Shown here in pieces: positions 1 to 11,702 of a DNA stretch of 64,000 bases. The stretch comes from Oculina patagonica (Eukaryota). Positions within the stretch are counted from its first letter, which is position 1. Each line of letters starts with the position of its first letter. Where the stretch lies: contig NC_135760.1 of NCBI RefSeq assembly GCF_052425735.1, positions 22,816,001-22,880,000 of the forward strand, in the 5' to 3' direction. The notes under the pieces were generated by a model, which was given only the letters and a program-made list of their open reading frames with translations, had not been told where the DNA came from and did not search any database. The translations under genes were made by a program, and so were the position numbers.

Positions 1-757
1 CTCGGTACCCATGTTTGGTTGCCTTAGCTAGAATGTGCAGTGAAGTGTCCCCATCACTGTTCTTAACACTCAGAGCTTGCACGATATCCTTTCTGCTTAA
101 TCTGGCGTCCTCTTCAGCAAGAAGAAGTTTCAAGATCACATCAAAACTCTTGGAGTAGAATGCCAAGGACTGATCTTCTACTTCAGAGTCGGCCTCCGCG
201 GAATTGGCGAGGACAAGATGGTTGGCGAGAATATGAAAAGGTGTCTCTCTATTCAAGCCATCTTTTGCCCAGAAAAGACTCACTTCTTTCGCGATCAGCA
301 TCGAAACTACTTTCTCGAAATTAGCGACCTTCGCACTGATGCTCATGTTTTCTAGCCGCGTTGATTCTGACAGCAACGCTTTGTAAAGGTGGCGAGCAAC
401 TAAATGAAGTGCAGTTTCGTTTGATGAGGAAGATCTTTGAGCCGCATCGAATCCTTCATCGTTTAACAACCAATCGACCGCTTCGTACTTTCCAAACATG
501 CTCGCCAAGTGAAGCAGGGGTAACTGAAATTGCTTGCTACTTTCTGGGACATTTTTGTTCTTCTTCCAGCCGGTGGAGAGGAGTTTATGGACCTGTTTTT
601 TGAAGTCATCTTTGTTATTGCCACGCGTGACACGAGATGGGCTGAAGATCGTTGCATTCATCGATGAACTGAATCGTGGGGCCAGGGCTTGCAGTGAATT
701 GATAACATAGTGGTGCCTGATTTCACAGTCTTTCGGGCACAACGGTGTGTGAAACAT
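1..757 (-). CDS. Partial gene (3' part runs off the window): His/Cys motif plus degenerate ankyrin-repeat protein, paralog of 5236-11004
   Basis: Not in the ORF track because it is open to the window edge. Manual translation from ATG 757: MFHTPLCPKDCEIRHHYVINSL...FQLPLLHLASMFGKYEAVDWLLNDEGFDAAQRSSSSNETALHLVARHL...AKVANFEKVVSMLIAKEVSLFWAKDGLNRETPFHILANHL...LSVKNSDGDTSLHILAK. No stop between 757 and 1; first upstream in-frame stop at 815-817. The start codon is uncertain. Confidence 0.8.
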   Translation of the reverse strand, partial: MFHTPLCPKDCEIRHHYVINSLQALAPRFSSSMNATIFSPSRVTRGNNKDDFKKQVHKLLSTGWKKNKNVPESSKQFQLPLLHLASMFGKYEAVDWLLNDEGFDAAQRSSSSNETALHLVARHLYKALLSESTRLENMSISAKVANFEKVVSMLIAKEVSLFWAKDGLNRETPFHILANHLVLANSAEADSEVEDQSLAFYSKSFDVILKLLLAEEDARLSRKDIVQALSVKNSDGDTSLHILAKATKHGYR

Positions 758-1879
758 TGTGAGTTCAAAACCGAAGTAGTTTTGTAAATCGTTTCGATCT
801 GCTCGTTCGTGTTTCTAATCCATCAGTCGCTTCTTCACCTCACGTCTTCAAGGCAACTGGAGCATTCAACGCGAATCGGAGAACTTTATGGCAGCACAGT
901 TGAAAAATTAAAACCCACAGCTATCGACGAAGCGAAATACTTTCCAAATAAATTCAGAACGGATAATCGTTCTTTGCAGCTTTCTCAACGCGCCGCCATT
1001 CGAACGCCAATCTTCACCACCCGCGCGCAAGGAATTGCGGGATGGTTCGGTTTGGAAAGTGCCCGCGCGCGGGAAAACCATGTGCATAAACAATGATTTG
1101 ATTTCTAATGATCGGATTTGACTTGCGGTCGAAAAATCCTTCTGTTTTACGACTTTGGTGAATAATTTGAAAGTATCAAGGAAATCGAAGATATAGAATG
1201 CATTTGTAAGCTGCATCGGCCCCCAATGCCTATATAAAATTCCCTTTACATGATCGACTCCGGTTCGACTGCAACACGTTGTGAAAGGTCACATCTACGG
1301 CTCGTATAGTCTGCTCCCCTCGTGGAAAAATCCATAAAATCAATGGAAAAATTTCAATTAAGCTTACCTTCCGTGGACGATTCTCCACACGCGGCCATAG
1401 CCAAACAAGCGTTAAAAATCTCTCCAACCGTCCAACCGAAAATTCCTTCCTCTTGAGACTCTCTTTAGTTAACCGACTTTCAGCAAGAAATCGTCTTTTT
1501 AGCGGACCGCAAAGCACGTCTCTATGGGGGGTCAAAACAATGCGTTATTTCCTATCTCTTGGGATTGGTCATACCACAAGTTACTTGTCATGATCATATC
1601 TATAACATACATTTGCCAGACTTCTACCGAAGAACCATTCTGGCCACCCTGGGTGTTCGGTATTTCTTCGTTGTTTATCTTTTGCGGCTTAATTCTGAAC
1701 TGACGTTCTCTGCGTACAACGTAAAAAAAAAATCGTCTCATTTTCTACCTTGAACTTCTTGTGAAGAAAAGACCATTTAATTTTTGCAATAATTTTTTTT
1801 TACCAATACTACTTTCTGCAAGATTTTTTTTGCATCATCCATGTTTGTTGCTTGATTTGTTTCCCTTTCTTAGTTACTT

Positions 1880-2336
1880 CCCGGCGTATCCAATCGAACA
1901 AAATCGAACCAAAAATCAATCGAACCCAATCGAACACCAGTCGTTCGATTGGGTTCGGTAATCGAACAAAATCGAACATCTATTTTGCTGTGAGTTCGAT
2001 TTTCGAACCAATCGAACACAATCGAACTCAATCCGATTTGATTTTGATCCGAATCCGTCTCTTTATAAGTAACGGACGGTGCACCGTAAAAATTTTCCGC
2101 AATATAAACAAGCAGGAGTTCGGTAATTGAACGTTCGACTGAGTATGATTGTCGACTGTTCGGTAATCGAACGTTCGATTTTGCTCGATTGTCGACTGTT
2201 TGGCAATCGAACTTTCGATTTTGTTCGATTGACCAAATTTTTATTGTGAGTTCGATTATGTTCGATTACCGAACCCAATCGAACGATTGGTGTTCGATTG
2301 GGTTCGATAACCGAACGTTCGATTGGATACGCCGGG
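1880..2336. mobile_element. Non-autonomous DNA transposon with CCCGG...CCGGG TIRs, 6-bp TSD and polarised AATCGAAC subterminal repeats
   Basis: TIR cccggcgtatccaatcgaac / gttcgattggatacgccggg; TTACTT on both sides (1874-1879, 2337-2342); many tcgaac/gttcga motifs. Confidence 0.85.
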
Positions 2337-4040
2337 TTACTTGTGCACGATTTTTTTTCTCCTACTTTTCTTGTGCAAGATTTTTTTCGTTATTGGGCAG
2401 CCCCCCTCCCTCCCCCTGCCTAAAAAAATGAAATGGTCCGTTCCTAATCACTGACCGCGAAGGAGACACGGGCTAGCGGACGAACCGTATTTCCTTGAAT
2501 CACAACCAATTGCCCTCTTTGGTGAAAATATTTAAAATAATCGCCCCCTCTAATAATTGTCCCCTCCATCCCGACCTCCCTCTAATAATCAACCCCCACT
2601 CCTTGTACTTTCCCCTTCTTTAACCCCCCCACCCCCTTGTCAAGCTTAAAAAATGACTAAGTATTTTGACGCTGTTAGTCAAAGAAAATTCATTGAGAAC
2701 GCGTAGAAAGTAGAAAGCCAGTGTTTAGAACACTTGTACGCTTGGTGGGATAACAAAACAAACTACTGAATGATACTGACTGCTACTTCCAGCGAGCGAG
2801 ATGTGAAATAATCTCCCCCCGGTTAATTGCCTCCCTTTGAATAATAATTGTCCCATATTTTGTGCAAAAAATAAAATAATTGTCATGGCAATAATTCAAA
2901 GGAAGATGCTATATTAAAAGGGAAATATTTTGGGCGACATTAAGAATTCAGGACATTGGGGTAAAAACTGGTGATTTTGTAGATGCCCAAATTGTTTGAT
3001 TGTTGTTTTTGTCATTTTTGGTGATAGGAGTGGGGGTTACGGGTTTGAAATTGTTAAGGGTTTCTGATTTGCCAATGGTGCCCAACAGTTTCCCTGGAAA
3101 AAGCAGCCTGTCAAAAGTCCATTTCATTTTAGTTTTGCTATGACCTAAATTTTAAGAAAAAAAGTGAAAATTGAGCAACACTACAATGTTGCTATGGCAA
3201 TTAATTTTTTTTAAATTAAAGAAAAAATAATACACAAAATTGCTATTACAGTGTACTGGGTATTTACCCATACTTGGTTATGCTGTAAGCCAGTTAAGCT
3301 GGGTTACCTGTGGTTATTTCAAAATATATGTGCAACATTAAAAAATTAATTTATATTTGCAACAATGTGTGAAGTGCGTGACAGCTTTAATTGATAGGGG
3401 TGGTGAATGGTCCTTCAAAAATGCATGTCTCGCAAAAATTTAGCCAAATTTCAGGGGTCTCATCGTCTCAAAGTTTTCTTTGACGCCTTCTCAGAGTCTT
3501 GATTTCTTTAACAAGGCTAAAAAGGTCTTGGGCTCGCAGAAAAGATATCAGTCTTGCTGTCTCGCATTTACCATTTGACACCCCTATTGATATGAAATAC
3601 ATCTATATTTACATTACATGTAAATACACCTTATACAGATTATATAATGTCTGGTGTCTGTATCCGAATGTTAAAAGGAAGTAGGTTGTCTATCGTAACT
3701 CATCTTAATTTTCCTCATCAGTAAACATTCTTGTTACTTTCAGATTTTTATTTTAAAAAGTTAAAAAGCCATTGTTTTGAGGCTTCCTTTAATATGAAAG
3801 CAATTTTGTACATCAGAAAAAGACATAGCCCCTGTCTCTCCCCTCCCTTGGACAACTTTTTGACTTGCCCCGTTTAATTAACTTGATTCCTTTTTAAATA
3901 GATCAAAACCAACAAAAGAAGTTAATTTGTAGCAATATTGCTTGCAAGAAACACATGCAGTGTAGGCTACACTCAATAAACCCCTTAAGACAGCTACTAT
4001 GTTGGAGGATAGTACCGATACCACAAGCTGAAAGCTAAGA

Positions 4041-4185
4041 TAGAGTGATTTTATTTAACCCGTGAAACAACATCTAACAATTAGTGCTAAATAGTGAAAA
4101 CTAAACAAAAGAAAACAATGGAATAAGTGTCTAATAGTATCTATTTGAGTAGTAACTATTTCACGGTTGAAGTAAAATCACTCTA
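4041..4185. mobile_element. Small MITE
   Basis: tagagtgattttatttaacccgtgaaa ... tttcacggttgaagtaaaatcactcta imperfect terminal inverted repeat. Confidence 0.6.
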
Positions 4186-4441
4186 ATGCCAAAAATGAAC
4201 AGTACTGTTGTGAAATTTTGAGGACAACATTTTTAGCCAAGGGCATTATCTTCCAATACACCAGCAAGCCATAGAGGGGTAAATTATTATTTTGTGGGTA
4301 AAATAACTGTAAGTGAATCGGTTTACTTATTTTTTTTAACACTGAAACCCACTGTTTGATTTTGTACCGAGTGATCTGTTTTGTCCAATGAGAGCATGCG
4401 GAAATTATTCAGTGGGTATTTCCACCCCCAAAAGCAAAGAA

Positions 4442-4662
4442 ATAAAAATAAGCGAAAATAAGCCACGACGTTTCGAACTCATCTTGAGTTCATTATCAAG
4501 TAGATATGAGTAAAATAACGGTCGAGTTAAGTTTAAATATAATATACTCTATCACCTCTATTTGCATTTAAACTTAACTCGACCGTTATTTTACTCATAT
4601 CTACTTGATAATGAACTCAAGATGAGTTTGAAACGTCGTGGCTTATTTTCGCTTATTTTTAT
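4442..4662. repeat. Near-perfect ~97-bp-arm palindrome; each arm contains a minimal hammerhead-like motif (PLE-type 3' end)
   Basis: Arm 4442-4538 is the reverse complement of 4566-4662 (one mismatch seen); motif CTAC-TTGATAA-T-GAACTC-AAGAT-GAGTT(C/T)-GAAAC-GTC-GTGG at 4601-4641 (+) and 4463-4503 (-). Confidence 0.8.
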
Positions 4663-5046
4663 ACTTAATTGTATATCAAAATGTTCTCTCATTAAAAGCA
4701 AAGAAGCTCAAATATTTTATTGTTCCTGTTACAACAACCATTACAGGGGCAGATCCAGAAAATTTGGAAAGAGGGGGACAAAAAAACAGTGGCAATGTTG
4801 TTCGTGGAAATGTTGCTTACAGCATTCTGGTGCATTTGTGAAAAGGGGGACAGCCCCCTTGGCCCGCCCTTCCCCCTCTTTATCTGCCCTGCATTTTTGT
4901 GACATGGGAGTTGTACTCTTTACTAAGTAAGAGAAAATAATTGTGTATAAAAAAATTTCCCCCTCTCCGAATTTTTTGCATCTGCCTCTGTAATTGGTGT
5001 TGCTTTAAAACAGATTGTGGTTAAATAAAGGTTTTATTAATATTTA

Positions 5047-5077
<31 letters not shown>
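5047..5077. repeat. (TTA)n microsatellite
   Basis: attattattattattattattattattatta. Confidence 0.9.
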
Positions 5078-5079
<2 letters not shown>

Positions 5080-5235
5080 CTAATATAAGAGTAATATACA
5101 AAGCTCATTGCACCCAGAAAAATGGTAAAATATGCCAAATTAATGTAATAAACCCATCCACTTTCCAAATAACTTGGGCAAATAATATATCTCCCACCCC
5201 TTGCCAAAGAAAAAGAGAACAGATGGAAATATACC

Positions 5236-8200
5236 CTAATTTAAGGGAAAATCATTTGCATGGATAACTTGTAAGCACTTGCATTGTAGCCTGTCTATGA
5301 GCTTAAGTCTTTTGCGAAGAAGTTCTTTCTTCTTTCTTGTTTGCTCCAACAGCTCCTTTTGCTTTTGCTTCATCTCACCTCCCCTTAATTTCATTTTTTT
5401 CGCATTCAATTTGAGCTCTGATTGAATCTTGTTCAAATTATCACGTGCAATAGTAATGTGCATTTGTAACGTCCCTGCTAAGACCAATTCCTGTTTTACA
5501 GATGCCACCCTGTCCCTGATCAATTGCAGCCTATTGTGATATTCTGCAATGTAACACTGCACAATTCTTTCCTTGGATGCACTACTGATTTTACAATCTG
5601 CCGAGAGAATGAAATCAACAAGGCTCTCAGGCTCCTCGCCCATTAAGCGCACACCCATTCCTGTTCCAGGACCATCCTGTTCTTGAACAGTAGACGTGTC
5701 ATGCTGGCCTTCTGAAAGAAAATATAACAAAAACAGTAACATAAATCATGATGTCATCATGTGTGTTACTGTATGGGCTAGAAGGCTTGATGCCAGCTAG
5801 TTGGCCAAAAGCATCTTGTCCACTTATCTTAGTCATTTAAGAAAACAAAAGCATCTCCTTGTTCTATTGCTTTTAGAATATGAGCCAGAAATTTCTGTGC
5901 TGAGTAGTCAACAAGGTGCATCCAAATTGATTATTGCTTATAGAGAACAAGGGCCAGTTGTCTAATCATTTAGGTCATAACTTCGTACAAGATTTACCAT
6001 ACAAATCTGGTTACAAGTAAGCCCGGGATAAATTAAGGTAGATGGGCCTATAACCAGGTGGGCTTATAAGAGGGAGGGCTTATAACCGGAATTTTGAAAT
6101 ACACTATTCAGAACTCTGAATGTAAAATGCATCAACCTTTCATTTGTACTATGCTCTTGTGGAAGTGCAGTTTTACCTTGGGTTCCAACTGATGTTACTA
6201 GCACACTTTTTTGCATGAGGTCTCTGAGGTACTCCAACAGCCACTGACCGTAAATACTTTTCTGCAGTATTGACTCAACATCTAGTCCAAATTTGTTACA
6301 CTCCTTCAAACAGCTTGACAGAATCTGAAGTGACTCTGACTCAGGGATATTCTGTTGTCCCTTCAGTAAAAAATGGACAAACACTCTGAACAAGTGAACA
6401 TAGAGGAGAGCCGCTGATACAGGGACATTTGACGAGATCAGTTCAGCCATTGCATGAAGAACTGAATTCCCATTCTTATCCTTGGCTGAGAACAGTGATA
6501 TGGCATGGCTGTGCCGATTCAGAGTCTTCAAGATGCTCACGACAACTTCAGACAAAAAGACACTGCTACTTGAGCTCTGGTGACGCAACAACTGCATGGT
6601 CATGTGTAATGGCGTTTCCTCGGTTCTAGCAGTGTGAATAAGAGGATGAAAGCCCAATTCTGAAAGCACCCACAACGCCTTGTGCTTTCCTAGAAGGCAA
6701 GCAAGATGTACAATGGGCAGGCGCAAGGACGGCATGGGTGAAGGGACAACACTGGACATGTCCCAATGGCTTTTCTTCAAGTAGTCCTTGAGTTTTGCAC
6801 ATGACTCAATTTCCACTGTGGCTAAATCGTTGCTCAGGTGGTCGGGTGTAGCACAAAGAAGTTGCACCAACTTGTGATGTGTTAAACTACACTCAGGGCT
6901 GCACAGATAAGTGTGTTTCCCTGAAAAATGAAGCATCAAGAGCTCATTTTAAAATGGGACATTTTCATTAACATTACCTAGCCTGCAGGGTAGGTATTTT
7001 CTGTGGGGGAGAGTTTTCTTTACCACCTCCCATAAAACCAACCCCTGATGATATTATGACTTACCACTCCCTTAGACCTGTATCAGTCGCGGCTTGTGAC
7101 ATGCCTTACAAACTTGAAAAAAAAAAAAAAATAAAAATAAAAAAATAATAATAAAATAAAAGATACCTGTACTTGACTGTCGTCTCTCAGAATTCACTTG
7201 CATTGTTGGCACATCACTGTCATGTGTCAAAGTTTCTGTAACTGGTGCTCTTGTATCTACGCTCTGAGAAGGTGCTGACACAGACACAGTCGTTAATGAA
7301 GTTTGACTTGTACATCCATTGGATGCTTCGACTGATGAATGATTAGTCAGAAGGGTTGTGGTTCCACAGGAATTTGTCACTTGAGTTGGTGCTATAGTTT
7401 GAGGTATCCTCGCTGAAGCAGATGCAGATGCAGTGGTTGGACAGTTAGTTGGTAAGGTGATGGTCTCTGTGGAATTTTCAGTTGGAGTTGATACTACAGC
7501 TTGAGGTATCTTCATTGAGGCAGTTTCAGTGGTTGATGTGGATTGATTTGGCCATCCTTTGGGTGCTTGGACTGATAGAGAGTTTGTTGCTAAGGCGATG
7601 GTCCCTGTGGAATTTCCAACTTGAGTTGACGCTACAGTTTGTGGTGCCCACAATGTGGTGGAAACAGTGGTTAATGCATTGTGATTTTGACATCCATAGG
7701 GTGTAGATGAACAGTCAGTTGGTAAGGTGATGGTCCCTGTGGAATTTCCAGTTGAAGATACTACAGCTTGAGGTGTACTCATTGATGCAGTTGTAGTGGT
7801 TGACGTGGATTTATTTGGCCATCCTTTGGGTGCTTGGTCCGCTGGAGAGTTAGTGGAAGAGGTGGTGGTTTCTGTGGAATTTACTGCTTGAGATGATACT
7901 ACAGTTTGTGGTGCCCACAATGTGGCAGAGACAGTGGTCGATACATTGTGATTTTGACATCCATTGGGTGAAAGAACAGATGGACAGTTGGTTGGTAGGG
8001 TGATGGTCCCTGTGGAATTTCCTGCTTGAGTTGATACTAGAGATTGTGGTGCCCACAATGATGCAGAGACAGTGGTTGATGCATGGTGATTTTGACTTCC
8101 ACTGGGTGCTTGGACAGATGAACAGTTAGTGGAAGAGGTGATGGTCCCTGTGGAATTTCCAGATTGAGTTGACACTACAGTTTGTGGTACCCACCACAAT

Positions 8201-11004
8201 GAGGTAGAGACAGTGGTTGATGTATTGTGATTTGGCCAACCTTTGGGTGTTTTGACTGATAGAGAGTAAGATGGTAAGGCAATGGTCCCTGTAGAATTTC
8301 CAACTTGAGTTGCAGCTTGAGGTATCCTCGCTGAGGCAGACACAGTGGTTAGTGCAGGTTGTTTTTGCCATCCATTCGGCACTAAGGCAGATGGACAGTT
8401 AGTTGGTAAGGTGATGGTCCCTGTGGAATTTCCTGCTTGAGTTGACACTACAGCTTGAGGTATCCTCACTGAAGCAGATACAGTGGTTGTTGTGGATTGT
8501 TTTGACCATCCATTGGGTGCTAGAACAGATGGACATTTAGTTGGTAAAGCAATGGTCCCTGTGGAATTTCCAGATTGAGTTGACACTACAGTTTGTGGTA
8601 CCCACCACAATGAGGTTGAGACAGTGGTTGATGCATTGTGATTTGGCCATCCTTTAGGTGCTTGGACTGATAGAGAGTAGGTTGGTAAGGTGATGCTCCC
8701 TGTGGAATTTCCAACTTGAGTTGATACTACAGCTTGAGGTATCCTGCTTGAGGCAGATACATTGGTCAATGCAGGTTGTTTTTGCCATCCATTTGGTACT
8801 AAGGCAGATGGACATTCAGCTGGTAAGGTGATGGTCCCTGTGGAATTTCCTGCTTGAGTTGACACAACAGTTGGTGGTGCCCACAATGAGGCAAAGACAG
8901 CAATGGATGCAATGTGATTTTGACATATATTTGGTGCTAGGACAGATGGAAAGTTAGTTGTGGTATTTTCAGTTTGAGTTGATACTAAAACTTGAGGTAT
9001 CCTCACTGAAGGAGATGGAGTGATTGATGTGGGTGGCTTTAGCATTCTATTGGGTGCTTGCACTGATGGAGTGTGAGTTGGTACGGTGATGGCCCCTGTC
9101 AAATTTCCAGTTTGACTTGACACTACAGTCTGAGGTATCCTCACTGAGGTAGATAATACAGTGGTTGAAGCAGGTTGTTTTGGCCATCCATTGGGTGCTA
9201 CGACAGATTGACAGTTAGTTGATAAGGCAATGCTTCCAGTAGAATTTACTGCTTTGGCATGAGTTGAAACCACAGTTTGTGTTGACCTCATTGAGGCAGT
9301 TGAATGGAAAGACGGATAGTTAGTGGACAAGCTTACAGTTGGGAAGTGATTTGCTGCTTGAGTTGACAGATTTGTATTGCCACTTTGACGTGAACCTGAC
9401 ATCTTAGTAACAGTATTTAACTGTGTTGTGTCTTCTTCTGTTATTGCATCTTCACACGTCTCTTTAGCAACTGAGTTTTGTTGCTTTGCACATTCTGTAC
9501 TTTGTTCTTCTGGAACTGTTGCGGTTACCTGACTGGCAACAACTCTTCTGTTACTCCTTGCCAATTCATCTTCATGAAGTATCTGCGTCATTGTTTCTCC
9601 AGCTTTATTTACACAGTCAAACAATTCAATGACTTGCCTGTGAAGCAAATATCCATCAGTACAAAGCTGCTTAAATGTGTGGATCATCACTTTGAAAATT
9701 CCTTCCAACAACTGTCTCTGGTTAAGCAATTCTTGGCGCATTGACTCATCACGACCAAGAAAGACAAATTTAACAGCCTTAATCTGATTGGTTAGTCTTC
9801 TGATTTGCCGAGAACACACATGGAGAATGGTGTCTTCATTAGCCTTGTCCCTCGCCAAAAGAATTTCACAGTTGTACTTTGCAAAAAGTTGCAACATGCG
9901 CTGAAATGTCATTACTTTCTCCTGATGGGAGGAAGATGGCATATATTGATGCATGGATGTCATAACTGTGTGAAGCGGCAAATTCTGAGTGAAATCCATG
10001 TCTGAGCGATCAAGGCACGCGTTTAATAAACACTTCAGTAAGTCATATTTACCAAACAACACTGCCAAATGAACCAAATGATGAATACGATTATTTAATT
10101 TGGGATCTAAACTCCAGGCACCCTTCATGGCGAGCTTCAAATGATTTTCAAGATTTTTCTTCAGCTTGTAATCATCTGGAGCACAAATGGCCAGAAGAAG
10201 AGGATTGTGCTTTGATCTACAATCACTTTTACACAGTTGAGTGTGAACTCCAGCAAGCACATCCCTCACTGGTATTTTCACACTTTTACTAAGTTTTATC
10301 TTTTTTCTTGGTGGTTGTTTGAGTTGCTCAGTCGACTGATGGGAAGTTTTGTTTTTCCTGTCAACACCAGAGGCACTCTGACTTATCCCTGAAACTTCCT
10401 TGGATGTTGTTTCATCTATCGCAGAGCATTCTACATCCACACTACAAGAAGATGGTTGTTCAGAATCTAACACTGTCATGTAAGAAATATCTCTAAATAT
10501 TGAAGGTGTATTCTCTGACAGACGTGTGTATGAGACCATTAGATCTTCTAGACCAGCCATACTGAAATCCCTCATTTTCTCACCGTTATCTAAAGCGCCT
10601 TGATTTTGACTAGATTGATCCTCTGCAATAGAAGCTGATGAATGCTCTAGATTACTAGAAGCATCAACTGTCCATGGATACGGTTTTGTGTTCACACTAG
10701 ACGATTGTCTTTCACTTAATGAATCCACTGCGGAAGCCGGCTTTTCTGATTGATCATCTTCCCTATGTGCATGTGTATCCTCAGTTTCGACAATCACACC
10801 TGAAGAGGACTGCCGTTTACTCAATGCATCCTCTGTTATGGAAAATGTTTCTTTCAATATGGCTGCAAATGAAAATGTTTGATCACCAAAAGTGTCCACA
10901 CTTGAAGGTGTACAATCTGTTCCATTGTTCATATTAGAACTAGACTGTCTTTGATTTGCCGGATATTGTTCTTCAGCATTAGAATCTGGTTCTTCTGATG
11001 ACAT
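5236..11004 (-). CDS. ~1685-aa predicted nuclear protein: two His/Cys plus ankyrin-like modules, central Thr/Ser repeats, C-terminal coiled coil; join(11004..7167, 6920..6177, 5711..5236)
   Basis: Three ORF-track ORFs joined by GT-AG introns in matching phase 1 (ACAG|GTATCT..TTTCAG|GG; CAAG|GTAAAA..TTTCAG|AA); 5058 nt in total. Ankyrin-type motifs LVHLAVLFGK, NLPLHTV, DTILHV, ETPLHM, GNSVLHAM; NLS-like PPRKKIKL; heptad-rich exon 3; AATAAA on the minus strand at 5038-5033. Confidence 0.85.
7300..9340 (-). repeat. Coding tandem repeat, ~138-nt (46-aa) unit, about 14-15 copies
   Basis: Anchor g(t/c)ccctgt recurs at 8006, 8144, 8285, 8417, 8555, ~8696, 8834 (spacing 132-141 nt); approximate consensus PQxVVSTQxGNSTGTIxLPTxCxSxxAPxGWxxxxxxTTVSxS. 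Confidence 0.9.
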
Positions 11005-11702
11005 GGTTGTAGTTGAAATTCAAATGAACATTAGATCAGTTTTCATCAACAAGGTCTTCAGTAGATCTGTGGGTCTTGTTCATACCTTCAGAAGTTATTT
11101 GGTTTCTATTTGGCTGAATTCTTCCCATGGAAACTGACAATTCTAGTGTACATTTGAAGGCTTTTAGACACATTGAAGAATCCCATGCTGTAAACAATGT
11201 ATAGGGATCAAATGTCCAGAAGTCAGGAAAATTCAATTCACATGCACACAATTATTTTGCTTTCACAAAAAACACCAGTCAGTATCTTGTTTCTTTGTCG
11301 ACGTATATTGACACTTTGTTAAAAGATAAGCAGCTGCAGATCAGCTTATTCACTTGAAGTAGTTGCAAGTGCTGTTGGGTGTTCCAGAATCTTGTTTACA
11401 TCTCGGGGCGGTGCTTACATAACATGTGCTCTGACAAAAACTGGTGAAACGTTCAGATAATATCGATTTCAACCTACTCTTTTCGATAACAACGCATTTA
11501 ACTGACGGTTAGCTGCATAAAAATGCTAAATGCTTTTGCAGATACGTCCTTTTAGCCATTAATTGGAGCTTTGCTTTGCCGAAAAAGTGCAGCGAAAGAC
11601 AATACAACTTGCCGCCATTTTGTTCTGGGTGATAGGATAATTAGGTAGACATACATGAAGCACATACCCCGCATAAGTTCCTCGGTGTCCCTCGTTACCA
11701 AA
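11005..11702. promoter_or_regulatory. Bidirectional promoter / 5' UTR region between the ankyrin-module gene and P2X; YY1-like GCCGCCATTTT at 11611-11621
   Basis: Divergent start codons only ~700 bp apart; YY1-consensus match. Confidence 0.55.

Noticed and set aside
809-1535. ORF-track ORFs of ~95-102 aa upstream of the left-edge gene
   Set aside because: No recognisable motifs or consistent splice signals; more likely promoter or 5' UTR. A frameshifted N-terminal extension of the 1-757 gene cannot be excluded
1880-2336. Regularly recurring TCGAAC motifs as a CRISPR-like array
   Set aside because: Eukaryotic context, no constant repeat/spacer lengths, bounded by TIRs and a TSD
7072-7166. 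Hydrophobic C-terminus (IFYFIIIFLFLFFFFF) of the 1310-aa ORF as a transmembrane anchor
   Set aside because: It is translated T-rich intron sequence after the GT donor at 7166; splicing continues in frame to exon 2
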